Below, piece after piece: positions 1-12,423 of a stretch of 64,000 nt of DNA. The DNA is from a virus (Duplodnaviria; Heunggongvirae; Uroviricota; Caudoviricetes): positions 1 through 64,000 of the IMG/VR virus record IMGVR_UViG_3300031992_002114. One strand, written 5' to 3'. The notes under the pieces are model-generated. The model was given only the letters and a program-made list of their open reading frames with translations. It did not search any database and was not told the origin of the DNA. The first letter of the stretch is position 1. Each line of letters starts with the position of its first letter. The translations under genes and the position numbers were made by a program.

Positions 1-329
1 TTCTTGGAAGCTTCAGTAATACGCTGACGGAATACAGCTTTATCACCTTGAGCTACAATGCGGATATCAGCAAACTGACCATACTGCTCCATAACACGGT
101 TAGGAAGAATATCATCAATTGTCTCTTCAATTAGTTCAAAGATTTGATTTTTATTCTTGCGGAAACCCTTATAGTCAGGAGCTAGTAGATTAAATTGAGC
201 ACGAAGAGCTGAATTAACATCCTCTGCGGAAAAGCTCTCTTCTCCCTGATTAGTGGAATAAGTTAAAGGAGTTTTATGAGCAGCAGCAAAAGCAAGTTTC
301 TTTAAATCATTAAATTCCATAAGTTGCAT
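1..329 (-). CDS. N-terminal part of a structural protein (possibly major capsid); continues beyond window start
   Basis: ATG at 327-329 preceded by GGAGG; open minus-strand frame to position 1 (MQLMEFNDLKKLAFAAAHKTPLTY...); sits at end of head-gene block. Confidence 0.5.
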   Translation of the reverse strand, partial: MQLMEFNDLKKLAFAAAHKTPLTYSTNQGEESFSAEDVNSALRAQFNLLAPDYKGFRKNKNQIFELIEETIDDILPNRVMEQYGQFADIRIVAQGDKAVFRQRITEASK

Positions 330-350
330 TGTCTATTTCCTCCCTTCCAA

Positions 351-857
351 TTAAACAGAGATTACTTGTAGTTTGACACCAGGTTGTCCATCAGGCATTG
401 TGTAGGCCTTTACAACCTGAAGAATTAAACCAGTTGTAGCAGTATTATCAAGTTTAAGAATACCATTGGCATTAGGAGTAACTTTATCTCCTTCTTGATA
501 AGTACCATCAACTAGATTGTTTGTAGTATAAATATCGCCAACAACAAGACGAAATACACGAGGTGTCATTACACCATCATAGAAATCTGTCTTTTTCATA
601 ATATAATCGCGATGCATTTGATGACGTTCATCATAAAGTTTTTCTTCATTAAAGACCATCATTAAAGGACCGTCACCAGTTAAAGTGACTTTACCAGCAG
701 CGTAATTATAGTGTACAAATTGTCCTTGTGAAAGCTCTGCAATTGTACTATCAGCAGGAAGTTGACCATAAACTCCACCATTACGAGGTGCGGAAAGATG
801 ATTAGGTTCAACTACTGGATAGCCAATTGTATTTCCAATTGTAACAGAGTTAGCCAT
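351..857 (-). CDS. hypothetical head-associated protein (168 aa)
   Basis: Listed ORF; RBS AAGGAGG before ATG at 855-857; TAA stop; lies between scaffold and capsid-like gene. Confidence 0.7.
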   Translation of the reverse strand: MANSVTIGNTIGYPVVEPNHLSAPRNGGVYGQLPADSTIAELSQGQFVHYNYAAGKVTLTGDGPLMMVFNEEKLYDERHQMHRDYIMKKTDFYDGVMTPRVFRLVVGDIYTTNNLVDGTYQEGDKVTPNANGILKLDNTATTGLILQVVKAYTMPDGQPGVKLQVISV

Positions 858-876
858 CTTTAATCCTCCTTAAATT

Positions 877-2253
877 TTATCGTTTTACTAAACGGAGAAC
901 TGATAGAAGTGAATCTTCAGCATCTTCCGCATTATTTGTATTATCTAAAGAGAAAGACATTAGAGGAGATTCTTCCTCGACTTCTTCTTCTTTCTCTGGA
1001 AGTCCATCAACAGTTGAAAAATCTACATTCTTACGAACATAAATAAGAGCTAATTTCTCTTCAATTTGATCAAGAGAATATTCTTCTTTATGAGCAATAA
1101 TATCTGCTTTATCTGCATCTGTAAGCATATGATACTTAGCAATTAAAGCATCTTTTTGCTGATTTTCAAAAGAAAGTTTGAAAGCTCGAAGTTCTTCAAG
1201 CTCTTTTTGAATAGCAGAAAACTCTTCTATAGAAACAGTATGTTGCTCAAGATTCTTTTTACCTTTATCAACATCTGAATTAGTTCCTTCATCGTTTTGT
1301 TCTAATTCTTCGTCATCACCATCATCATTTTGATCATCATCATTTTGACCATCATTATCATTTTGTGTATCATCTTGAGAATCTGTAGTATCACTTTGAT
1401 TATCAGCGTCATTACCGTCTCCGGTGTTATCACCACCGTCTCCGCCATCTCCGCCATCATCAAATTGAGTTTCTACAAATTGAGTTTCAATTTCTTGTTC
1501 TGTTTCAACTTCTTTTTCTTCAAATTGAGTTTCTTGATTATCGTTCACTGTCACCCCTCCTTTACTGTATAGAGTTTGATTTAATTCTTGTACCATAGCG
1601 AACAATTTAGCAGTAAATTCACTATCCTTAGAAAATTGATTCTCTACATCAGTAATAGAGGCTCCTTCAAAACAAGGTTCGACATTATCTCCAAGAATAC
1701 ACAATTTGGAAAATACCGCATCATTAATTATAAAAAATTCCATTCCTGAGTTATTGTCTGTTGCCCAGTGACCTTCTAAATTTTTACTATCTAATTCCAT
1801 AGATTGACCCTTACCCTCATCAATTACTTGTTGAGCTTCTGGGTATTGATCTACTCATAGATAACCAGTTGTTAAAAGATATTCTCTTTCAGTTTCATTA
1901 CCAAATTCATCTGTATCAGTAAAAGTTTGGAATCAAATGCGAGCATCTGGAGCTACAAAACCATAAGGAACAGTTTTACAAGAAAAATGAATTTCTCCAT
2001 CTTCTATAGTAATTACATCTCCGTGGTCGCCAAAATCTTCTTTGTCTTTAAGATAAGCTCCAACAATTGGGCATCCCCGTAAAGTTTTTGACATTTCAAG
2101 AGCTGCATTCTTATCAATATATGAACCATTACGATTTTTACCGAGATAAAGTACTTTAATTTGACATTGGGCCATTAGAGGATTGATATCAAGTGGAGTT
2201 AACTCGATAAACTCCGGATCAGCAATTGTTTTAATTGATCTATTATTATTCAT
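877..2253 (-). CDS. head scaffolding / prohead-core-like protein with very acidic D/E/G/N/Q-rich middle (459 aa)
   Basis: ORFs 1933..2253 and 877..1800 are in the same frame, joined by one in-frame TGA and no TAA/TAG; acidic low-complexity region plus coiled-coil C-terminus is typical of scaffolds; RBS GGAGGG upstream. Confidence 0.6.
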
Positions 2254-2261
2254 CTACCCTC

Positions 2262-3806
2262 CTAACCTTCTGCTTGTTCATTTCTAATTGTCTTATCTGA
2301 TTTTTCACTTTCTGGTAATTCTGGTCTACCAGTTTTCTTTTCAGATTCTCCAGCTTTAGGAACTTCTTTAGCACTCATAGTTGAGGACATTTGAGGTGGA
2401 ATAAATAATTCATCTAAATGCATCATTCCATTTTCAAAAACAGCAGTAGCAATAATACTACTTTGAGTTTGTCCAAGAGCAATTTGAGGAAGAAGCTTAG
2501 AGAAACCAATTGTAGTTTGCTCTTTATAAAGCTTAGATAGTTCTTTATAATTATATCCTGTTGTTGGAAGAATTTGAACACGATACATTAAACGCTTTTT
2601 ATTTTTATTAAATGGTTTTAATAAATCTTCTGCGTATTCTTCAAACTGATAAATTAAATCAAGAACACTTGATTCATCATTTACAATAGACTTTTCTAAT
2701 GCAACATTTCCATCTGCATTAAATTGTAACTGAGAAACACCAGCTTCATTATATACACCACGTTCAACTTTTCCAAGTTGATCAACAGAACTTACATTAT
2801 TGCGGTCTGCCATATCTGCAACTTCTACATCTGCAAATGTTGATAAGACCCGCACACCAATAGATTCACCAATCATGCCTACTGCATTATTGTGAAGAGT
2901 TTGTACTTCATCAGTATCAAAAATTAAATCTCCATTTTTGTCTATTGGAAATTTTTGAATAAGAATTCTTAAAATTTGTTGCTCCATTTTTTTCTTATCT
3001 AATTCTTGCATATCTTGTAAATCCAAGAGCTTAGGAATAACTGGGAAGAAAATAGGAACATCAGAATTTCCTAAATTAAATTTAACAGCTTTTGTACAAT
3101 CTAAAAGGAATCAACCCATATCATCATTTGATGTATCTCTTGGTAAAGTTCCTTTCTTATAAGCTACATAAGCTTTTTGGAATTCTTTAGGAAACATTTT
3201 TAAAATTTTTATACGATATTCATTATTTGACGTTAAATCGTCAAAATATTTAACATTAAACTCTATCGCGGGACGACCATTTCATTTATATCTACTACGG
3301 CAATATTTAGGTGGTAATTCTTGAAGAAAAACCGCGTCCTTTTGTTCTAATTTATAACCATAATAGCATCCATTTTTAATTACTTTTAAAGCAATTTCTG
3401 AAAAACTTTTCTTTAATCTTGAATTTTCAAGTAAAACTGCGGCTTTAAGCCATCCTTCAATAACTTTCTCATCTTTTATTTTATTATCATATCTATTAGG
3501 TGTAATAAATCAGTCATATCTAAATAAGGTAGCAAGATATTTACATAATCTTTGATAAATACCATTTGATCTATAAAAATAATCTGAGATTAATCTTAAT
3601 GTTTCTAAATCATTTTTTTCAATAGCTCTTTCAATCTTTTCTCTATCATATTTCTTTTTGCGGGAAAGGCTATCAAAATAATCTAAATTTGAAACGACAT
3701 CATCTCTTAAAATTGATTTGCCAACTCTAATTTTATTAAAATTAGCTTTCTTTTTTGGGGTAATTATATTAAAATCTCTGGTATTTATATTTTTTGTATA
3801 AGCCAA
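2262..3806 (-). CDS. putative portal protein (~514 aa)
   Basis: ORFs 3510..3806 and 2262..3026 share a frame; the 484-nt gap has only TGA (3111, 3282, 3510) and no TAA/TAG on hand translation; position between scaffold and terminase; TAG stop at 2262. Confidence 0.5.
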
Positions 3807-3829
3807 ATTTATTTACACCCCCTGTCTAT

Positions 3830-4267
3830 TTAATATCCAGCAGCATTAAAAATATAGTCATAAGAAATCTTATTCTCATCATATCATGGAATTGCTACCA
3901 ATTTTAATCCATGTTTATCACAATACTTTCTTTTAGTTAAATCATTATGTTTCTGTCTTTGTAAACCTAATCTTCCACCAAATTTAGGTATTGCTTTATA
4001 ATGCTGTCTACCTTGAAATTCTATTAAAAAATCTATGTCTCCATCATCTGTAAAGACACAAAAATCAAATCTTAAATGACGACCTGACTCTGCAATCAAA
4101 TCGTCAAATTCATATTCTTCAGCAAATGGAATGTCATTATCTGAGAGTATATTATATATTTTAACTTCACCTGCGGAATCTCTCATTATAAATTCACTCC
4201 TTAATACATATTTAACTTTCAATTTATAATAAAAATTAAGCAAACTAAATAATTCTTTTTTGCCCAA
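3830..4267 (-). CDS. DUF559/Vsr-like PD-(D/E)XK endonuclease-domain protein (homing-endonuclease-like insert)
   Basis: Motif FDFCVF...DIDFLIEFQGRQHY...KD...KYCDKHGLKLVAIP resembles the DUF559 endonuclease fold; one in-frame TGA then TAA at 3830. Confidence 0.55.
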
Positions 4268-4272
4268 AAATT

Positions 4273-6033
4273 TTAAGAAAAAAGCATTAATTTAGATAAA
4301 TCTCTTTTCTTACGACGAGCACCTTTATCTTCTTCTAACTTACACCAATATAAACCATAAATCAACGCACTAAATTTATCTTTTTTAATTTTTCTTGTTG
4401 CTTGTTTAAGAATAATGTTTAAATTTTCAGTTTCTTCAATTAAGTTTAACATTTGTTCTCTAAGAATTGAAGTCATTACATATGGTTGTAAATAAGCTGC
4501 CCTTTCTCCGGCTGTCATTCGTTTTGATTGCGCTTGTCCCGCAAGCTTATTTTTAGCAACATTTTCATCAATCAAAAATCTAATTTTACCTGCATTTAAT
4601 TGACTTTGACAATAAGCATACATTTCTGTATTTAGTGGAGCATTAGCTTTCATAAGATACATTGCTTTTGGAATAGTATCTTCTGTTTCAAACTTTTTAT
4701 ATTTACCTTCATCATCGTTATAAACTCCAAGATTTGGTAAAAACTCTCCTGTGTCAGGATCCGTTTGATCTGTGATTAAAAAGTCTACAAGACCTGTGCC
4801 TAAACCGTTGGCATCAATGACAGCTATTTTACAATGATATTGTTGATATATTCGTTTAATTTTAATCGCTTGTAATCCAAAGTGTTCTTCATCAAAACTA
4901 TAAAGATTTACTATTTCCTTCAAAGGGACACCTGTTCGTGCTGGAGCCACTTTAATAACAATTACTTCACTAGTACAACCATGACGTCCAACGTCTACCC
5001 CAAGAACATAATAAGTAGAAGGATTATTGCGTTTATTAGGTTCTTTCTCTGGTAGTTGAAGAGTGCGGCGCTTGTCAATTCTGTCTGGATCGAAGAATGC
5101 TCCTTCGACAGCTCCTGCTCATAGACTTTCATATTCTCGTTCAAAACTTGCCTCATTGAATGTACCGTCCATACGAAGGTCAGCGACAAAGTTACGATTG
5201 AGTAGTCCTTCCATAACAGGAATTCGTCAAGATCCACCAAGAACAATAGCTTTGTCAGGATTTACCGCAGATTGACAAAGAATTTGAATTAATTTGTCAT
5301 AACTGAAAGTATTTTTATAACCGGCCGTTGTAATATATATCTGACTTTGGTTAAGAGGCTCATTAGGATCAACAAATCCATTCACTCTTCGTTCAACGTT
5401 CATCAATGGAAGAATAACCTCGTTAAGAATATCTTGATCAATACCAACTACCTCTTCCATTAAGCCAGCTTGGAAACGCTGTCCACGAGTTTTTTCACTT
5501 GCTGCAACATTTTCAAGAGAAGAACCATTTTTAAAAGTGTAAATAACACTGTCTCGTGTTGTACGAGTTTTAGCTTTAATAATACTTGTTTTATTATTAG
5601 TGCGAGTATCTCAAATAATTTCATTAGCAAGTGCTGGAATTAAACGACATAATTCATCAACCTTTGCTTGAAGAATACTTGCACTTTGCTCTTTTCCTCC
5701 AGCTACCGTAAATATTCGACAACCAGGATATAAAATACACTTAATCATTAAACAAAGAACTGCTAAAAATGATTTAGAGAATGCTCGGGGAAATGTACAA
5801 AAGGTATATTTATATCTCATGACTGCCCGCAAATAAACTCTCTGATAATAAAAGAAATGAAAAGTATTATCTGGATTTAATGAACATAAATAATCTACAA
5901 AGATATCAGGATAACAACGTCAAAAAGAAATTAACTCTTCTAATCGTTCTTTATCTTGACGAATACGCTCACGATCAACAGTTTCCCGCACTTGTTTAGA
6001 TTCATTATATTCTAATAAATCTTTAAGAGCCAT
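4273..6033 (-). CDS. terL: terminase large subunit
   Basis: Four listed ORF pieces (4273..4950, 5227..5460, 5611..5832 plus N-terminus from ATG 6033) are all in one frame and joined by TGA only; N-terminal ATPase-like region (IFTVAGGKEQ) and C-terminal nuclease-like region (VIDANGLGTGLVDF...); TAA stop. Confidence 0.8.
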
Positions 6034-7441
6034 TGTCGTCACCACCAACTTGAGCAAATACTTGTTCAGTTTCAGAAGCAATCATATCATCTAAATTGTT
6101 AGTTCAAAGTTCAGCTTCTAACTCTCCATCGTCATCATCTTCTTCTTCAATATAAGCAGATTGAGTTAAGAGAGCATCATAATTTGCGTCAGCTTCTTTT
6201 TGAGCTTTTTCAGACTCTTCAAGTTTTTGAATATAAGATTCAATAAGGTCGCCAAGACCCATTTCATTTTTAACAAGATTACGAGTATAAGCTTGCATAT
6301 CTTTTAGTGTAAAATCAACTTTATCTTCTTTAGCATCAATACCTGGTCTAAATTGGTCAATAAAAGTACCAGGTTCTAACTCTCGTTCAACAGCAGCTAC
6401 TAATTCCCCAACAGAATCAATGTAAGCTTCTTGTTCTTCTTTATTTTGAGCTTCTGTAAATTTTGCTGATTTCCGCAATTGATCAAGAACTCCCGCTAAG
6501 TTTTTATAAGAAGTAAAATCTTCTATTTCAAGAGCTTTATCCATTTTAATAGATGTGCGGCAAATCTTTTTTAAAGCTTCCTCACGGTCAACATTCATTT
6601 CATAAGTATTAGTATACTTATTATAAAGATTTTCCATTTGTACTCATTCTGAAGGAGTAAAAGAAGCACCTCATTTAATAGTAAGATATTTAATATCTTC
6701 ACTAGTTAAACTATTTTTAATTTGCATTTCATTTTCATCTATTGTAGTAGGCATATAGCTCATCATAGTATCAACTGCGTTTTGTAAAGCAGCTTCTTCT
6801 TTTTTTTCTTGCATTTCAGCTATTTGCTGTTGAACTTGATGAAAAGCTTGTTTTTTACTCAACTTTTGCTTAGTTGCTTCATCTCAATCATGATCTTCTG
6901 GAGAGGCTTTATCTAAACCAAGCAATATTTTTTCTTTCTTAGTTGCTGTTGCCCCAAGAGGCTCATGATAAGCCATTAAAAGCTGATTATCACCTGTTAA
7001 TGTGCGGTACTGTTCAAGTGTTATTTCTCCCGCATCTAACTTAGCTTTAAATTCAGCTTTCTTTTCTTCAGAAACAATATTATCTCTCCCATGAATATTT
7101 ACTCAATGTTCTGTAGCTGCATCACTATCTGCATAACGCCATTTTCTTCAAGGATTCATATTTGTTGTGCGGATATAGCGACCAATTACGGATTTGTTAG
7201 AAAACGTCCCAGGATTACGAAGATAAGCAGCTTGAGCAACAGATACTCATAAAGGTTCTATATACGGTACATCAAATTCTTTTAAAATTCAATCAAAAGT
7301 TGATGGATCATCATTTTTAATATAAGTAGTTAAACAATCTTTACAATAATCAAAACGAGTACCATCTTTCTTTTTAAAAAAATTTGTTTCAGGTATCACT
7401 CGTCCGCACTTTTGACATGTCATTCTTTTTTTTGTAGCCAT
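6023..7441 (-). CDS. hypothetical protein with N-terminal zinc ribbon and acidic C-terminus (possible packaging / small-terminase role by position)
   Basis: RBS GGAGGAAAAAG before ATG 7439-7441; hand translation MATKKRMTCQKCGRVIPETNFFKKKDGTRFDYCKDC... continues in frame through ~6 TGA into listed ORFs 6671..6862 and 6104..6637; TAA at 6023 overlaps terL start. Confidence 0.5.
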
Positions 7442-8527
7442 TTATCTTTTTCCTCCTTTCTTTTTTCTACACTCTTTACAAATAGAGTAATAACCATCTT
7501 TTGACGAATTAGGAGAAAAGAAAAACGGATGTGCGAGGAGAGAACGACCGCATTTCCCGCACGTCTTTCATCTATGACCCATTGGTTCTTCATAGGTAAA
7601 ATATCAAAGAAGATAATTTTTCTGAGCTTGTTCTGCTACTAGTTTAGGAATTTTTTTAGTTCAAATAGTAGAATAATACTGCTCAGAATGTTCTTCTTGA
7701 TATTTATCAAAAATCATTTCTTTTATTTCTTTATTTGTATAACCATCTATTTTTCAAATTAATACATCATAAAAAACTGGATATTTCTTTTCTAAAGCAT
7801 CGTCAACTACTTTTTCTAAGTCCAAAAGATGTCAATGAATGTCAGAATCTAACATATCTCAAGTTTCTTGTTTTAATTGTTGATAATATTGAAGAAGGAA
7901 AGAAATAGAATCTGGTTTAAGTAATGATAATGGTTGGTCACTGTGCGGAATAAGGTCTTTATCAAAATATACTTTTTCTGGGATAGACACATTTGCTAAA
8001 CCAGAAACCATATTATTGGCTACAGACCGTCCTGATTGATTAGAACCTTTAATCATATAAGCTTGTTTCCAACTATCAATTAAAGCAGTTTTTAATTTTT
8101 TCTTGCGGTAACTCGTTGTTGCTTCGTTGTATTGTCGTTCTAATGACGCTATTACATCCATGCATTCCCGCAATCCACGTATATTATCTATATCCTCTTG
8201 GGTAATTGGATCTTTGTGGTCTAAAAGTTGGTCTTTATTATTGTTAATAATATTATAGATTCCATCTTCACCATTTTTTAACTTATCAACTAATCCTTCA
8301 TAAGAAATTTGTCTTTTTAATACTGTTGCATCTCTATTTTTAGTAACAATTGGATATTCTTCTAAGCGTTCTTTTGTTGTTTGTTTTTTATCTCCGACAT
8401 AAAGGAGGTAATCACTAAGATTTATTAAATCTTGCGGAGATAATTCCTTTTGCTGAGATGTGATTGATTCAACTAGAACTTTTCTAGTTGTTTCACTTCT
8501 TATATCATGATTTAATTGCATCAACAT
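7442..8527 (-). CDS. hypothetical protein with C-terminal CxxC...CxxC zinc ribbon (361 aa)
   Basis: ORF 7859..8527 continues through several TGA to TAA at 7442-7444; ends KTCGKCGRS...YYSICKECRKKKGGKR. Confidence 0.5.
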
Positions 8528-8853
8528 ATCACCTCCTTATACATATATATATTATACCCAATTTTATAAAATTTTATACCAAAATTATTCATTTTTGCCC
8601 AAAAAATTATTGGCACTTTGAAATAGTATATGCTATAATATATTTAAAGAAAAAGAGAGTAAAGGAGTGAGTGCTTGATAGAATTTAAAATGTTTTGCTT
8701 CTCTGTCTTTGGCATTCAAGCTTTTATTAGTATATTTAATTTTATATTAGCTTGAAGTAAAATAAAGTTTCCAAGATGAATTGTAGATATTCTTGCAGGA
8801 ATCTCTTGGGCTATGACTGGATTGTATTGGTTATGACAAGGAGTGATATTATA

Positions 8854-8973
8854 ATGGGATATTATCATCAAGATGAAAGAGATTTAGCCGCAGGAATTGG
8901 TTGTTTAATTCTTTTAGCAATGTTTGTTCTTATAATTATACTTTTTATTATATCAATTTTTATTATTTCATAA
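8854..8973 (+). CDS. small membrane protein
   Basis: ATG 8854 after AAGGAGTGA; hydrophobic LAAGIGCLILLAMFVLIIILFIISIFII. Confidence 0.35.
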   Translation: MGYYHQDERDLAAGIGCLILLAMFVLIIILFIISIFIIS

Positions 8974-8987
8974 TAGGGAGGATTTGA

Positions 8988-9503
8988 ATGATTACTATTA
9001 ACTATGATAATCGGGACAAGCGTGACTATATTGTTATCGCGAAGGGAGACAACGTAGAGTCGCCAGATAGTGTTCAATACTTTGTTGATATGGATAATGC
9101 CGATGGAAATACGAGCGATGGCGCGCACACTTTTAATGAACTATATCATCATAGAACTGTACTGTTTAGTGTAATTGTTAAAGAATATCATTTTCTTGCT
9201 TGGAAGAGTAAAAAGCATAATGATGGTACTATGTATGATGGATACTTCATTGTAGGTATTGATACTCCAAGAGGTCAAGCTACTTATCATTGTGAAATGA
9301 AATATTGGGATTTATTTGACTGTAAAGAGAAAAAGAAGGCTCCTAAATGGGATGGACATACTCCTGAGCAAGCCATTGCAAGAATCAGTCAATTAGATAG
9401 ACAAGAAGCTATTGAGTATTATTTAAAAAGAACTGGTAATTTAAGTGATGCTCTACATTATATGATTGATGATAATTCAGTGGTGGTTGAATCTCATGAA
9501 TAA
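8988..9503 (+). CDS. hypothetical protein (171 aa)
   Basis: RBS AGGGAGGA before ATG; first gene of rightward early block. Confidence 0.7.
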   Translation: MITINYDNRDKRDYIVIAKGDNVESPDSVQYFVDMDNADGNTSDGAHTFNELYHHRTVLFSVIVKEYHFLAWKSKKHNDGTMYDGYFIVGIDTPRGQATYHCEMKYWDLFDCKEKKKAPKWDGHTPEQAIARISQLDRQEAIEYYLKRTGNLSDALHYMIDDNSVVVESHE

Positions 9504-9690
9504 TGTCGTAAAAGATATAAAAGATTTTTTGGATTATGAAGGTTTTTCATATGAAGAATTTAGTGAAGTTAAAAAAAAGCTTTTATTTGGTGGACGATAT
9601 GGAATTTATGAAAAAGATAAAAATGTATATCTTGTAGTTAAAAATCCAACAGTAGAAGAAGTAAAGAGAGCATTAGGCTATGGATACTAA
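9496..9690 (+). CDS. hypothetical small protein
   Basis: ATGAATAA start/stop overlap with upstream gene; in-frame part of listed ORF. Confidence 0.45.
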   Translation: MNNVVKDIKDFLDYEGFSYEEFSEVKKKLLFGGRYGIYEKDKNVYLVVKNPTVEEVKRALGYGY

Positions 9691-10066
9691 GATTTTTGAT
9701 AGATTAGAAGAGATTGCGGACTGAGCGATAAGTGGCGACGCTTCTTCGAAGGATATCGCGCACGAATTAAACAGTCTTAAATTTGAATTTAATAATCCTA
9801 GTAAAATATGTATAGAGAATGCTAAAAAAGAAGCTGAAATAAAGTTAATGAAAGCTAAAGAATTTGATAGAGGTTATCAATTGGGTAAACAAGCTAAAAC
9901 TGCTGATGAATGGACTCTAGATAGGGATAGACAAGAAGTATTAGATAGATTAAAGGATAAAAATCCTGACTATTGGTGTTTAGATGCTTTGTTTGAAGAT
10001 GATAAAAAAGTTATTACTAATAAAATGTTATATGAAAGGTTAGTATATCTATTAGGTGGTAAATAA
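9680..10066 (+). CDS. hypothetical protein (129 aa, one in-frame TGA)
   Basis: ATG 9680 is in frame with ORF 9848..10066 through GACTGAGCG (D-W-A); no TAA/TAG between. Confidence 0.5.
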
Positions 10067-10141
10067 TATTTAGTATTATATTTATAAAAAAATTATAATA
10101 AATAGAAATAGGTAAAATTTTTAACTGTAATTGGAAATCTA

Positions 10142-10699
10142 ATGAGTAAAATTAATATTTATAAATGTTATAAGTGTGGAAATTTTTCTTTGAATAAAAC
10201 AGGTTGGATGATTTATGGTAACGATCATACAAAAAATTTATATATTTGTAAAGATTGTTTAATGAAAAGGAAGAAAGAAAGAAATAAAATGGAAGATAAA
10301 AAGACAGCAGTAAAGAATACTTTAAATAAAATTGTAGATGCTATGAATATTATTTCTAGTGATGAATATAATTTTGAAGAAGGGCAGTTATATTTTATTA
10401 GTGGTCCTATGGCTGGATATGATAATTGGAATAAAGAAGCTTTTGATAAGTGTGAAGAGAAGTTACGTTCTGAATTAAAAGCTAGTTATATTTATAATCC
10501 TGCTAAAAAGATTAAAGATGAAGATAGAGATTTTTCTTATTATATGAGAGAGCCTTTGCGCACTATTAATATGTATCAAGATGATTGGGAAAATGTAATT
10601 GATGCAATTATTTTACTTCCTGGTTGGCAAAAAAGTTTAGGTAGTGTAACAGAAGCTTTAGTTGCTCATGAAGTTGGAATAGATTTAGTAGAGTGGTAA
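10142..10699 (+). CDS. N-terminal zinc ribbon fused to a DUF4406-like (nucleoside 2-deoxyribosyltransferase-like) domain
   Basis: CYKCG...CKDC then YFISGPMAGYDNWN...IYNPA...DAIILLPGWQKSLGSVTE.L.AHEVGI matches the DUF4406 pattern. Confidence 0.6.
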   Translation: MSKINIYKCYKCGNFSLNKTGWMIYGNDHTKNLYICKDCLMKRKKERNKMEDKKTAVKNTLNKIVDAMNIISSDEYNFEEGQLYFISGPMAGYDNWNKEAFDKCEEKLRSELKASYIYNPAKKIKDEDRDFSYYMREPLRTINMYQDDWENVIDAIILLPGWQKSLGSVTEALVAHEVGIDLVEW

Positions 10700-10822
10700 T
10701 GTTTGAACAATGTCCTTTTTGTGGTAGTATAAATATTGTAGAAGAAAATCTTGATGATAATTTTTATGAATATTATTGTGAAGATTGCGGAGCAGGTTGA
10801 GACGATAATTATTATGAGTAGA
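10700..10822 (+). CDS. small CxxC zinc-ribbon protein (one TGA)
   Basis: MFEQCPFCGS...CEDCGAGWDD; TAG stop. Confidence 0.4.
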
Positions 10823-11030
10823 AAAGAAATTATAATTTGTGATAGTTGTGGTAAAATTATTCATAACAAGAATGAAGAACTTATAACTTATCAGACTAAT
10901 TGTTTACAAGAAGATGGTACTTATTGAACTGATAGATATCATTTATGTGAAAATTGTATGAATTTAATGTTAATAGCAGTTAATGATAAATTTGAAAGGT
11001 ATAAAAAATTAAATGAAGATAATTTGTAGT
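10815..11030 (+). CDS. small zinc-ribbon protein (one TGA)
   Basis: MSRKEIIICDSCGK...CENC; overlaps neighbours. Confidence 0.4.
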
Positions 11031-11198
11031 GAATGTGGTAGAGATATTAATGCTCTAGGACAAGATAATATGAGTTATACTATGGAACCTTTGTGTGAAG
11101 ATTGTTATTACTATTTAAAGAATAGTAAAAGTTTAGTCAATCAAGGTCTGTTAAGGTCTTTATATTTAGAAGAGTATAAGTATGATAAAGAGTCTTAG
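11013..11198 (+). CDS. small zinc-ribbon protein
   Basis: Listed ORF; CSECG...CEDC. Confidence 0.45.
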   Translation: MKIICSECGRDINALGQDNMSYTMEPLCEDCYYYLKNSKSLVNQGLLRSLYLEEYKYDKES

Positions 11199-11385
11199 GC
11201 AAATTTGTTTAGAAAAATATGGAGAAAATTTTATTAAAGAATATGATATGCTTGGTAGTGGTGAACCAATTGGAGATTTATATTATACTATAATTTTTCT
11301 AGAAAAAATAGAAGAAGCAAGAGACATATATAATAATCAGAAAATTATTAAATTTAAAAATTTTATATTGGAAAGATTTAAATAA
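11182..11385 (+). CDS. hypothetical small protein
   Basis: Listed ORF, chained with neighbours. Confidence 0.4.
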   Translation: MIKSLRQICLEKYGENFIKEYDMLGSGEPIGDLYYTIIFLEKIEEARDIYNNQKIIKFKNFILERFK

Positions 11386-11565
11386 TGTTTGAATGTGAAT
11401 ATCAAAAATTTATAAATCATGTTGAGGGGCCTGGAGCTTGGCATGAATATTTTTGTATATTGTTTCAAGATGAGTGTAATTGAAAAGAATGTGAGGAATA
11501 TACTAAAAATGTTGGTACTACCCAAGAGCAGATGATTAAAGAATTAGAGAGATTGGGCTTTTAAA
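11385..11565 (+). CDS. hypothetical small Cys-rich protein (one TGA)
   Basis: ATG 11385; MFECEYQKF...CNWKECEEY; TAA. Confidence 0.35.
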
Positions 11566-11567
11566 AT

Positions 11568-11834
11568 ATGATTATTGAAAATATAAATAATTGGAAAATT
11601 TTAAAATCTCGTAGAAAATATGCCATTAAGATTTTAAAAGAAATGTATGAAGAGGATAGGCAGAGAGGAATGAAAAGAAGAGAAGATACATATTTTAAAA
11701 ATATTACAGACAGATATTTTGATCGTACTTTTTTAGATTTTCATTCTAGATGCTTAGCTGATCATCTTAATAAAATGATATATCTATTAGGTGGAACATC
11801 AGAAGATTTTATTAAAGAAGGTTCTTTATTTTAA
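11568..11834 (+). CDS. hypothetical protein
   Basis: Listed ORF. Confidence 0.45.
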   Translation: MIIENINNWKILKSRRKYAIKILKEMYEEDRQRGMKRREDTYFKNITDRYFDRTFLDFHSRCLADHLNKMIYLLGGTSEDFIKEGSLF

Positions 11835-12423
11835 TGGAATTTAGATTAAATTTAAATTTTGAATTTAAGCGTGAATTAGAATCTAAAAAATGAATTTAAG
11901 TGTGGGAAAGACGTGGGCATATCACTTTTTTAATATTAGAGCGCCAAATCCTATAACCAGCCCCCTCTTATTACCCAGAAAAATATTAAAGGATTCCATA
12001 TAAATCTTTTATGTAAAACGCTCAATTTTTTGATGACCCCTCAATAAGGCTAAGTAAAGACGTTATAACATACAGAGTATATCCAAGAGAAGAAGAATAT
12101 GATGTGCGGGACAGCTGGTGTTTTGAATAAGTATCAATCTTGTCCGCACATTTCATTTATGATTTTATATTCTGGTAAATCAACTTTAGAATCAAGTATG
12201 GTTACATAATTTATTTTATTTATTCTGTAAAATAAATAATTAATTCAATTACTATTTTCATTATTGATATGATGCTTTTGGTTAAACTCTTTATCCTAGA
12301 TTCTTTATGTTAAAGCTTTTATATTTATTTCTTATCTTTCTTCTTTTGGTTCAAAGAAGAAAAAGATTGAGGAATTTATTTGCTGTCCTGATACTATTGA
12401 CTAAGAAAGAAGGAAGATATTTT

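Noticed and set aside
1330-1572. Plus-strand ORF 1330..1572 (80 aa, I/L-rich)
   Set aside because: Antisense to the acidic low-complexity region of the scaffold gene; no RBS.
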